DNA of 64,000 nt, taken from NCBI GenBank assembly GCA_022072455.1, contig JAJVHY010000014.1:57693-121692 (forward strand), read 5' to 3'. Under the pieces are notes generated by a model. It saw only the letters and a program-made list of their open reading frames with translations. It did not search any database and was not told the origin of the DNA. The first letter of the stretch is position 1; each line of letters opens with the position of its first letter. Shown here piece after piece: positions 28,201-36,045 of this stretch. This DNA is from Verrucomicrobiia bacterium (GTDB taxonomy: Bacteria; Verrucomicrobiota; Verrucomicrobiia; Palsa-1439). Position numbers and translations under genes: made by a program.

Positions 28201-31200
28201 GGCACGAATACCCTCATGGGCAATCCCATCCAAATGACCGGCACCACGCCGTTGCTCTACCAGCAAGGCAGTGGCGCGTTTATCATCAGCAATTCCATCA
28301 GTTTCACCAGTGATACGGCGTTCCGCGGCCCTGGCCCCGGCGCCGTCACAGTCGCTAGCAACATCACCGGCAACGGCCAGTTTACAATGAGCGGCGGTTA
28401 CCAACTCACTCTGCAAGGCTCCAACTCGTTTGTCGGGCCGGTTTTGTTGGACGCCGCCACGGGACGCTTGACGCTGCAACATGCTTACGCGCTCGGGACA
28501 AACTCGATCACGGTCAGCAATGGCACGGTCGCCAGCACCGTGGCCTATGTCATCGGCCGGGGCCAAGACAACCAAACGACGCTGCTGACCGGCAGCCAGT
28601 CCCACTGGACGAATAGCGCGGCATTGACCGTCGGCGCCAATTCCGGCGCCGGCAACCGACTGACTGTGGCCAACGACGGCAGTCTGTTCGTCAACGGCAG
28701 CTTGGTGGTGGGCACCAACGGCGCGACCGGTAACTCCCTGATCATCAGCAATGCCGGCCGCGTGTACGGCACGACCAGCAGCAGCACGGACCGCTTTATT
28801 GGGTTTGGCGCAGCCAGCAACACCGTCCAAATCATCGGCAGCGGCTCCGCCGCGACGCCCACCTTATGGGATGCCGGCGGGCGCTTCGTTTATGTGGGCC
28901 GGGGCGCCGGTGGCGTCTCGAATTCGCTGGTGATTGACGGTCGCGGAGTGGCCGGCAGCGCGGTCTTGACCAACGCGCAAATCAATGTGGGTTCGGCGGT
29001 CGTCGGCTCGTCCTACAACGTTTTGATCGTGACCAATGGCGGCCTGGTGTTCCGCGCGGGGACTTCAATCACCGCGATCGGCGCGGATGGGGCGCGTTCT
29101 AACACCGTCATCATAGTCGGGGGTGGCACCAGTAGCTCAGCCTCGGTCTTCGACAACTTGGGCAACAGCGCGGCACGGGCATTTTACTTGGGCAGCAGCA
29201 GCGGGGTCGGCTCGAATCGCTTGGTGTTGGACGGGAATGGCTTCGTGGGTGGAGCCGTGCTGCGAAATGTTTCTGACTTTTACATGGGAAATTTGACGAG
29301 TGCCAACAGTGTCATCATTACCAACGGCGGCAGTCTGAGCACCGCCGGAACCGCCGGCACCATCATCGGTCGCGGCGCCGGGCAGGCGGCCAACGAGAAT
29401 TCGGTGTCCATTGACGGCGGGACTGCTGTCAGCGTCTGGGACCTGGGCAACGCGTTGCTCACACTGGGTTCTGGGGCAAGCGCCTCGGCGACGGCGTCGA
29501 ACAACGTGATCTTGATCGGGACGGGCGGAATCGTGACCAACATCAGCACAGTTGCGATTGGTATTGGTACCGCCCGCACGAATGCAATCATCTTGAATGG
29601 CGGCCAGTTTTGGGCCACGTCGCTGATCACCACCACCGCCGGCAATCGGGTCGAGCTTAATGCCGGGACTCTTGGCGTGGGTGGCGCCACCTACAGCAAC
29701 GGCACCACGTTTGTCGTTGGTGATGGTGTCAGCACTGCGACCTTGATTCTCGGCGGCGGGGCTCACTCCTTCGAGAAGGGGCTCAATCTCCTGACGAATT
29801 CCTACCTCAAAGGCAACGGGGCGACCCTCGCGGCAACCATCACGAATACTCTCAGCGGCGGGCAAATCGCGATTGGTGCCGACGCCGGTCAGACCTTGAC
29901 GATCCAGGGCGTGATCGAAGGCAGTGCCGACCAACTGATCAAACAGGATGGCGGCACAGTGACCTTCGCCGGCAACAATACCTATAGCGGCAGCACGGTT
30001 GTCAATGCGGGCACACTCCGAGTTGCCAACAGCAGCGGCACCGGGATCAGTGCCTCCCCGGTCACAGTCAGCGGCGGGAATTTCATCGTGAACAATACCG
30101 GCGGCACGGGGTTGGCAGCGGGGTTGACGATGTCCAGTGGCAATACTTTCATTACCAACACCGCGGGGACTGGAATCGCCGGCAATGTGACGATGAGCGG
30201 CGGGACGTTGTACATCCACAATACTGGCGGCACGGCTGTCAGCGCCGGGCAGACTGTGACGGTCAACGGCGGCACGCTCACCGGCAATGGGACACTGGCC
30301 GCCGGCGTGGTGCTCAACGGCGGTACTTTGGCCGCCGGCAATTCGGGAGTCGGCACCCTCACAGTGGGAAGTCTGGCGCTCAATGGCGGCACCTTGCCGA
30401 TTGAGTTTGGGTCTGGGAATGATCAGATTTTTGTGACTGACGCCAATGGGCTGGCGATCACTGGGGGGAATAATGTGTACCTGTATGTGGAGAACAGTTT
30501 GACTGCGTTCACGGCGTTGGGCAGTTACAACTTGATCAATTACTACGGGACGATGGGGGGCGATGGGGTCAGCGGGCTCACGGTGCAGAACTTTGCGTTG
30601 AATCGCTCCTACTCGTTTGGCGAAGTGCTGGGGGCGAGCAACTGGGTGGTGCTGACCATCGGTGGGGCCGGCAGCGGGTGGGTCGGCGCGGGTGGCAACT
30701 CGGACTGGACCACGTTCGGGAACTGGCAAACCAACGGCGTGTCCTATGCGCTACAGGCTGGCGACCAGTTGCTCTTTGATGGCACCACGCGGACGATCAA
30801 TACGAATAATTTTGCCAACAACACGCAATTCAACGGGATTGTGTTCAACAACTCGCCCGGCATTGGGAATTTCACGCTGCGCGGGATGGCGGCGCATACG
30901 AATGTCGTGAATCTTACCGGGGACGTGCTGAATCACAGCACGAAGTCGCAAACGATTGATTTGGATTTGGTGTTGGATGGCGCGTCACGCACCTTCCGCG
31001 CGAACGGGACGTTGACGGTGAATGGCGACATCAGCGGCAGCGCGGCAGTTTACGGGTTGACGAAAACAGGCAACGGTTTGTTGACGCTGAATGGCGCCAA
31101 CACCTATAGCGGCGACACCGACATCCGCGCCGGCACATTACGCGCAACCGCTGGGGTGGGGTTGCCCACCGGGAGCAATCTCAAGCTCAACGGCGGTGTG

Positions 31201-32256
31201 TTCGAGAGCTCCGGTAACTTCCTTCGGCCAACCGGCACGGTCGCCGGCGCAGTGCAGTGGACCGGCAGTGGGGGGTTCAGTGCGAACGGCGGAACGCTGA
31301 CGGTGAATTTGGGTGGCAGCAGTGCCGGTATGACGTGGGGCACTGCCGGCTTTGTGCCAACTGGTAGTGCATTGCGTTTCAGTTCGGCCAGTGCAGATAG
31401 CACGGTGGCGTTCCTCAACCCAATCAACCTCAACGGTGGGACGCGGACCGTGGATGTGACCAACGCCAGCGGCTCGCCCATCGTGGATGTGGATATCCTC
31501 GGCGCACTGAACGGCACCGGCAATCTGGTGAAGACCGGTGGCGGTACCATGCGCCTTAGCGCGAACAACACGTACTCCGGCACCACGGCTGTCACCGGTG
31601 GCGGTTTGGTTGTCAACGGCACGCTGGCCAGCGGTGCCTTGAGCCTGAGCACCGGCACATCGTTGTCGGGCACGGGGATACTGGCCAGTGTCATCAGCGG
31701 GAGTGGCACGATTGCCCCCGGCAACAGCCCCGGCATCTTGACGGTGAATCAAGTGGATCCAAGCGGGGGGTTGGATTTCAACTTTGAATTCACCGCGCTG
31801 ACGCCAGTCGGGCCGGATTACACCCAACCCGGCGCCAGCCTCAATGACGTCTTGCGGATTACCAACAGCACGCCATTCACGACGGCGCTGGGATTGGGCA
31901 ATGCGGTGAATTTATACGTGAGCGGAGTGACGTTGACGACGGGCGCGACCAACTGGTTCCGAGGCGGTTTTTACACGGACAACTCGGCGAACTTCGACGC
32001 GTTGATCACCGGGGCAACTTACAATTGGTATTTCAATAACGCCTTGCAAGGCGCGCCGCTGGTGGTGCGCACGGTGAACGAGAGCGGCTCTCAATTCAGT
32101 GGGAAAGATGGTTTTGTGATGGAATTTGGAGTTCTGGGCGGTCAGGTGGTATTGAGCGTGGTGCCGGAACCCAATGTGTTGGTCATGTGGCTGGCGGGTG
32201 CCGTGACCTTCTGGGCCGCCCGTCGCCGCAACCGCCGGCCCAGTCAATTGAGCTGA
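25222..32256 (+). CDS. Giant (2344 aa) PEP-CTERM-anchored protein with autotransporter-associated beta-strand repeats (paralogue B, chimeric)
   Basis: GTG start and signal peptide GGLILLVGLMVSASSGRA. Residues ~27-490 are essentially identical to paralogue A. The C-terminal ~760 aa are collinear with the gene at 1..2291 (GNNTYSGSTVVNAGTL..., GTIAPGNSPGILTVNQVDPSGGLDFNFEF). C-terminus VPEPNVLVMWLAGAVTFWAARRRNRR. Confidence 0.9.
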   Translation: MVRTAPKSFVQGGLILLVGLMVSASSGRAADYTWTNTTANTSSFWTNDILWGTPGNYPGSTATDNAYLTNSIAGAYTNILNFTLPNTISTLVVSNSSNGQSWLVLTNATLNNDTLVVGSGGRLRVDNGGLLNNTTSFTLTGTNGLVTLNSGGSVRALGGLILSPNADTTNTLTVNAGGSLFVTNSAGTSALVVGGGGRGTLTLNNGSITADQLYVTNGTIAFRGGTLTTLNGATYSGMTLGTGTWVMAGGIHTNLLVSTFTIGSAAETGAVLVTGSSTVLANPSGQLTLTTGSSLTVSNGAQASIGVIASTSYTLIKVSSNAVLRSVGGNALSVWGGADTGNQILVENGSQWLHSSSGISFGGISNTLLFAGTNSFVRLSMGSGRTVAFGNGSGSQGIVQPASGNGAYDSFIVSNGARLVTLVVSGTHATFYGASNSFVVTGSGSLYSNLFHTGGYGYNWKYAYSNTMTVADGGEVFVNGYMRLDSSNTNNLLLIRDANSVVRLDDDLRLNGFNNTVVVTNGGLLKTVGATLYSDSLSGSNRVVIAGGGIWDFGNARLDFTNWPSSGNGLFTTGSGNLTNVAGIGLVGSGLSFTMTNNILMADGSQIVTARVNLVGGSITLGAAGLGNNSLTFSNQVYAPGAANVIGNGSSNNVLRVRESSLWTGNTINIGVGAATGNILRVSGGVVSNVTINVGGADNSGNRLLLDGGTVWATTLRATNTGNVVTFQAGTLNSQTTFISNNVFTVGDGSQAATFNALSGGTSAFGSGIVIASNATVMGAGSIRGNMTVTNGARIAPGSSVGILTTENVTWYGGSSFQLEVTNFLGAAGTGWDLLNITGALTINPNGNPFTVNLDSMGLSAAAVNFNAANDYTLAFASFGSQTGFNPADFQVNTNAFNISGTPAAGSWGVSLVGANLYLTYSALSITPDSTWNGNTTGGWQQAASNWTPTGIPTSDAARVLKFGGTGTTSYTSTNDIGGTFQLNQLVLASASTGTNTLMGNPIQMTGTTPLLYQQGSGAFIISNSISFTSDTAFRGPGPGAVTVASNITGNGQFTMSGGYQLTLQGSNSFVGPVLLDAATGRLTLQHAYALGTNSITVSNGTVASTVAYVIGRGQDNQTTLLTGSQSHWTNSAALTVGANSGAGNRLTVANDGSLFVNGSLVVGTNGATGNSLIISNAGRVYGTTSSSTDRFIGFGAASNTVQIIGSGSAATPTLWDAGGRFVYVGRGAGGVSNSLVIDGRGVAGSAVLTNAQINVGSAVVGSSYNVLIVTNGGLVFRAGTSITAIGADGARSNTVIIVGGGTSSSASVFDNLGNSAARAFYLGSSSGVGSNRLVLDGNGFVGGAVLRNVSDFYMGNLTSANSVIITNGGSLSTAGTAGTIIGRGAGQAANENSVSIDGGTAVSVWDLGNALLTLGSGASASATASNNVILIGTGGIVTNISTVAIGIGTARTNAIILNGGQFWATSLITTTAGNRVELNAGTLGVGGATYSNGTTFVVGDGVSTATLILGGGAHSFEKGLNLLTNSYLKGNGATLAATITNTLSGGQIAIGADAGQTLTIQGVIEGSADQLIKQDGGTVTFAGNNTYSGSTVVNAGTLRVANSSGTGISASPVTVSGGNFIVNNTGGTGLAAGLTMSSGNTFITNTAGTGIAGNVTMSGGTLYIHNTGGTAVSAGQTVTVNGGTLTGNGTLAAGVVLNGGTLAAGNSGVGTLTVGSLALNGGTLPIEFGSGNDQIFVTDANGLAITGGNNVYLYVENSLTAFTALGSYNLINYYGTMGGDGVSGLTVQNFALNRSYSFGEVLGASNWVVLTIGGAGSGWVGAGGNSDWTTFGNWQTNGVSYALQAGDQLLFDGTTRTINTNNFANNTQFNGIVFNNSPGIGNFTLRGMAAHTNVVNLTGDVLNHSTKSQTIDLDLVLDGASRTFRANGTLTVNGDISGSAAVYGLTKTGNGLLTLNGANTYSGDTDIRAGTLRATAGVGLPTGSNLKLNGGVFESSGNFLRPTGTVAGAVQWTGSGGFSANGGTLTVNLGGSSAGMTWGTAGFVPTGSALRFSSASADSTVAFLNPINLNGGTRTVDVTNASGSPIVDVDILGALNGTGNLVKTGGGTMRLSANNTYSGTTAVTGGGLVVNGTLASGALSLSTGTSLSGTGILASVISGSGTIAPGNSPGILTVNQVDPSGGLDFNFEFTALTPVGPDYTQPGASLNDVLRITNSTPFTTALGLGNAVNLYVSGVTLTTGATNWFRGGFYTDNSANFDALITGATYNWYFNNALQGAPLVVRTVNESGSQFSGKDGFVMEFGVLGGQVVLSVVPEPNVLVMWLAGAVTFWAARRRNRRPSQLS
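25300..26687 (+). repeat. Direct repeat copy 2 (~1388 bp) shared with 22587..23974
   Basis: See copy 1. Identity starts right after the signal-peptide region (GRAADYTW) and decays after SSNTNN. Confidence 0.9.
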
Positions 32257-32269
32257 GTGAGCCGTGCGG

Positions 32270-32294
32270 GTAACTGTTCCTGCCGGCCAGTTAC
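32270..32294. terminator. Weak hairpin between convergent genes (GTAACTG-11 nt-CAGTTAC)
   Basis: Perfect 7-bp inverted repeat in the 67-nt gap between the stop of the giant gene (32256) and the stop of 32324..32893. No T-run follows. Confidence 0.2.
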
Positions 32295-32323
32295 GGCATC
32301 ATCGCTCCTCGCTGGACGGAAAA

Positions 32324-32893
32324 CTATTGCTGCGGAAAACACCGGGGGGCATTGGGCTTGGTCGGACAGGCTTCCCGCACCGCCTCCCGGATTAGCTGTT
32401 GGCCCTCCGCAGAATTTCGTTCCACCCATTTATCGTCCTGGGTTCGCTTGACCAAGACACCGGCCTCGCCCTTCTGAAACGCCTGAATTTCCGGAGGCAC
32501 CGGTTCATCGGGTGGAAATCGGGCGAGCGCGTCCAGCTTTTGATAAGCTTCGACTGTATACGTCTCCAGATAGGCAATGACGCGGCCTTTTTCATCACAA
32601 CTCGGGCAGGCATAGACATAGGCCAGGACTCCGGAGAAGTAATCAACGGGGCGCTTGCCGGCTGGAATTAGTTCCGGCATGGATGGGGCTGGGATTGGCG
32701 TTACTAGGTTGGGGGATTCAGCGAACAGTTGGCCGGTCTTTAGATCGTAATACCAAGTCATCTTTGGGGGGGGCGGACGGCGAAAGAAATTAAACTGGCG
32801 GAAGAGCATCACCAGCGCCACCAGCAAGACGACCGCAGCAAACCCGCCAACGAACAAACGCCGCTGCCGATTTTGTAAATCGAATGACATCAA
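32324..32893 (-). CDS. Hypothetical single-pass membrane protein with CPSC motif
   Basis: N-terminal TM LFVGGFAAVVLLVALVMLF and YACPSCDEKG. Last gene of the pseudopilin cassette, 16-nt gap from the upstream gene. Confidence 0.5.
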   Translation of the reverse strand: MMSFDLQNRQRRLFVGGFAAVVLLVALVMLFRQFNFFRRPPPPKMTWYYDLKTGQLFAESPNLVTPIPAPSMPELIPAGKRPVDYFSGVLAYVYACPSCDEKGRVIAYLETYTVEAYQKLDALARFPPDEPVPPEIQAFQKGEAGVLVKRTQDDKWVERNSAEGQQLIREAVREACPTKPNAPRCFPQQ

Positions 32894-32909
32894 TCTAAAT
32901 CACCGCGAT

Positions 32910-33884
32910 CTATTCCGGTAAAACATATACTTTGGCCGTTCCATACGATGGACAGCAAAGGCTCAACTCCTCGCTCGCGGGTGTTGGGACTCCTGAAATC
33001 ACCTCGCAACGAAGCGTCTCGGTGTGGCCGTCCACGCAGACCAAGTTCATCCGCGAGAAGTCTCCATGGCGCACCCCCCAACGACCACCTTCCCGATTGC
33101 CGATACAGCCACCGCCGGTTTGGTTGACGCCACAACCGAAGGTGTTGCCCAGCGGTTGGCGCCAGTCGTCGCCGATTTCTCCGGTATGCGCGGCTTCGGC
33201 CATGAGCAAGGTCTTGGAAGGCCACTTCACCGCTCCCATCTTCTGGATGGGAGTGGCACTAAACAGACTAACATTGTGCCCGTAGTCAGCCACCCCGTTG
33301 ACCGATTGCAGCGTCCAAGGCCCGCCCCCATGCCAAGCCGCCCGATTGCTGGTCCAGTCCGAAGGGAGTCGCATGGCGCTCCAGAGCTCTGGGTCGGAAG
33401 TAGGCGAGATGCTGGGATAACGCACCATACTCGGGCAGTAAAACGGGTTGTTGCGAATCGGGTTAAAACGGTTGTTTGTGTTCCATGTGTTGTTCTTACT
33501 GCTCCCGTTTGCAGGGGAATTGGGCGTCCGAAAATCAAGGGAGATGCCCTTCGACGCCGGTGGATTTTCCAGAGGATTCAGCGTGAGATTCGTCAATCCC
33601 CAGTAGCCGCCCCGGACCTCGGCGAGGTAAACCCGAAAATGTGCCATCCAATATCGGTAGTACCCGGGGCCTGCGGAGGGCAGTCGCCCATTGAAGTCGC
33701 CGTTGTAGATCGCGGCAATCGTTCCCAATTGACGCAGGTTGTTGCGACACAGTTGGGTGTCAGCCTTATCCCGCGCCTTCCGCAGCGCCGGGAACAGCAA
33801 AGTCAACAAGACAGCGATGATGGCTGTGACGACCAGTAGTTCCACCAGAGTAAAACCGGCCGACTTGACTTCTCGGGGTTTCAT
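32910..33884 (-). CDS. DUF1559-type prepilin-like protein (N-terminal cleavage/methylation domain, C-terminal H...DG motif)
   Basis: KSAGFTLVELLVVTAIIAVLLTLLFPALRKARDKADTQLCRNNLRQLG is the classic DUF1559 opening. C-terminal VRHGDFSRMNLVCVDGH. Confidence 0.8.
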   Translation of the reverse strand: MKPREVKSAGFTLVELLVVTAIIAVLLTLLFPALRKARDKADTQLCRNNLRQLGTIAAIYNGDFNGRLPSAGPGYYRYWMAHFRVYLAEVRGGYWGLTNLTLNPLENPPASKGISLDFRTPNSPANGSSKNNTWNTNNRFNPIRNNPFYCPSMVRYPSISPTSDPELWSAMRLPSDWTSNRAAWHGGGPWTLQSVNGVADYGHNVSLFSATPIQKMGAVKWPSKTLLMAEAAHTGEIGDDWRQPLGNTFGCGVNQTGGGCIGNREGGRWGVRHGDFSRMNLVCVDGHTETLRCEVISGVPTPASEELSLCCPSYGTAKVYVLPE

Positions 33885-33896
33885 TTCGAAAGCGCC

Positions 33897-34577
33897 TTAG
33901 TCGGAGCACCAAATATCGTCATTGGCCATGATGGGAAACCGGGCCGAGTTTAGCCGCCAAGGGTGGAGAACTCCTCCCACAGTCGTCCAGCTATTGGTAA
34001 AGGGAATATGGGTGTAGGTATCAGGTCCATTGGAGAACAAATCAAAACTCTGTGTGCGCACCTGTCCACCATAGGCGACAAGGTTTGTTTGGTCCAGGCC
34101 AACTACCACGGCAACCGCCTCAAGCGGATTGGTCGGCGGGTTGATACAGTAATAATTGAGCGGCATTCCGTAACCATCAATCAGATACGTGCCGATGGAC
34201 GAATCAGTCGCAAGCTGGCTCGGGAGAAAGCGCATGTACTTTGATCCGCCGCCCGCTCCGCTCAACGCCCGATACAAACGCCCACTATTGGATTTCTGAA
34301 CCTCGCCGTGGTTTAGCGCGCCACCTGTTAGCGAGAAGTGTTCCAGTCCCGTCAGCGGATAGGTGCCATTGTCTGACTTGTAAGTTTCGAGTGCCGTCTC
34401 AATGGCGCAAAGAAAAGAGCGCGTTCGTTGAAATTGCGCCTTTCGATTCATATGTCCGGTCGCCATGATCAGCAGCCCCGTCAGAATCGCAATGACGCCA
34501 ACGACAGCCAAGATTTCAATCAGCGTAAAAGCCTGTTGCGGCTGGCGGGACCGATTTGGCTGACTGAGATTTCTCAT
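33897..34577 (-). CDS. Type II secretion GspG-like major pseudopilin
   Basis: QQAFTLIEILAVVGVIAILTGLL prepilin motif and ALETYKSDNGTYP (GspG-like). Start taken at MRNLSQ (ATG 34577). The longer track ORF (to 34751) would read through the motif-bearing gap. Confidence 0.75.
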   Translation of the reverse strand: MRNLSQPNRSRQPQQAFTLIEILAVVGVIAILTGLLIMATGHMNRKAQFQRTRSFLCAIETALETYKSDNGTYPLTGLEHFSLTGGALNHGEVQKSNSGRLYRALSGAGGGSKYMRFLPSQLATDSSIGTYLIDGYGMPLNYYCINPPTNPLEAVAVVVGLDQTNLVAYGGQVRTQSFDLFSNGPDTYTHIPFTNSWTTVGGVLHPWRLNSARFPIMANDDIWCSD

Positions 34578-34581
34578 CAAG

Positions 34582-34595
34582 CTCACACGTATGAG
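34582..34595. promoter_or_regulatory. Palindromic motif copy g: CTCACACGTATGAG
   Basis: Perfect match, only 4 nt upstream of ATG 34577 (-). Lies in the 71-nt gap after the DegT gene stop (34649). Confidence 0.55.
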
Positions 34596-34648
34596 AGGAT
34601 ACGACATTCCATGAACATTGCAAGCAGAAAAATTCTGTCGGTCGTTGG

Positions 34649-35962
34649 TTACAGCAATTGATCCGCGTTCTCCGCGACCTTCCGATACGCGTCGGCATAC
34701 AGTTTGATTTCTTTCACCCGGTCGTGCTTGAACCACGGAATGCGAATGCAAATCTGGTTGATGCTCTCCGCTACCGGTAACGCACCGGCGCCTTGCCGCA
34801 CATCGCGTTGGCCGAACGCAATCGCCGTCGGTTTGCCGTGGTGGAAGATATCAGCCGTATGAAAGTACGGATGCACGTGGAGCGGTCGATTGCCGGCGGG
34901 CCAGCAGTTTTCAACCCCCTCGGCGCGCACCGCTTCCGCGAACTTGGCACAAGCCAAGCCGCCCAATTGTTCTGGCCGGTAACACCCCGCTGCCGCGTAC
35001 CAGCAACCCATCGTCGAGCCGGAACCGTGCGGCGGCCGGTGCGCTTTGAGGCCGGGGACGCCGTCGAGCAAATCCCAGAAGCGGTTCATGGCCGACTGGA
35101 TGATTTTCAGGCGTTCCGGGTAGCGTTTTAACTGTGAGCGACCGAACGCTGAACAAGTCTGATTCATGCGCTGCTTGCAGCCGCCCAGCGGCAGGCCGAT
35201 ATAGGGCTTCAACTCCGGTAAAGTGATTTGTGGGTCCGCCGGATTGTAATTGCTGGCGACGCCGGTACGTTCATAGTGGCCGAACGCGATGCAACGCTCG
35301 TACAACTCCTGATTGTTGGTGACGATCATGCCGGCTTCACCGACGGCGAAGCCTTTGCCGCCCATCATGCTCATCGGGCCGATATCGCCAATCGAACCGA
35401 CCTTGCGACCTTTGTACAACGAGCCGTGGGCGTGGGAGACGTCCTCGATGACTTTCACGTTGTGTTTGCGGGCAATGGCCATGATGGAATCCATCTCGCA
35501 TGGGTGACCGGTGTAGTGGACCACGACAATCGCTTTCGTGCGCGGCCCGATGCGCTGTTCGATATCGTTCGGATCAATGCACAGCGTGTCCCGGTCAATG
35601 TCGGCAAAGTTCACTGTCGCTCCGAGCATTAAGGCGGGCGCCGCGCTGGCCCAGTAGGTCATGCTCGGCGCGATGATCTCGTCACCCGCGCCGACGCCAC
35701 AGGCCCACATCGCGGCTTGGATGGCCGCGGTGCCGTTGCACGTGCCGAGGGCGTACTTCGTCTGGTTGAACACGGCCCATTCCTTCTCGAATTCCTTCGT
35801 GATGTCGGTCCCGCTCATTTTTCCCTGGCGCAAGACGGCGACGACGGCGGCTTCGTCATCTTGGGTGACGATGGGCCAGTGAAACAAATCCGGTGCATCG
35901 AGGCTAAATGATTTCTGACCGCCCAAGAGGGCGAGTCGATTGACGGCAGTGATGGTGCTCAT
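34649..35962 (-). CDS. DegT/DnrJ/EryC1/StrS-family PLP aminotransferase
   Basis: NGTAAIQAAMWACGVGAGDEIIAPSMTY, IEDVSHAHGSLYKGRKVGSIGD and MSMMGGKGFAVGEAGMIVTN (Lys region) follow the DegT family order. Confidence 0.8.
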   Translation of the reverse strand: MSTITAVNRLALLGGQKSFSLDAPDLFHWPIVTQDDEAAVVAVLRQGKMSGTDITKEFEKEWAVFNQTKYALGTCNGTAAIQAAMWACGVGAGDEIIAPSMTYWASAAPALMLGATVNFADIDRDTLCIDPNDIEQRIGPRTKAIVVVHYTGHPCEMDSIMAIARKHNVKVIEDVSHAHGSLYKGRKVGSIGDIGPMSMMGGKGFAVGEAGMIVTNNQELYERCIAFGHYERTGVASNYNPADPQITLPELKPYIGLPLGGCKQRMNQTCSAFGRSQLKRYPERLKIIQSAMNRFWDLLDGVPGLKAHRPPHGSGSTMGCWYAAAGCYRPEQLGGLACAKFAEAVRAEGVENCWPAGNRPLHVHPYFHTADIFHHGKPTAIAFGQRDVRQGAGALPVAESINQICIRIPWFKHDRVKEIKLYADAYRKVAENADQLL

Positions 35963-36045
35963 GACCTACCTTTCGTTAAACGGCCTGACTGATTGCCGGA
36001 AATTCTGGACTTGCAACTCCGGCGTGTATTTGCACTATACGACCA

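Noticed and set aside
26929-30729. 633-aa (26929..28830) and 530-aa (29137..30729) minus-strand ORFs inside the giant gene
   Set aside because: They are antisense to the uninterrupted 2344-aa repeat protein. Their Arg/Gly/Ala-rich composition mirrors the complement of Gly/Asn/Thr codons, and they have no start context or motifs.
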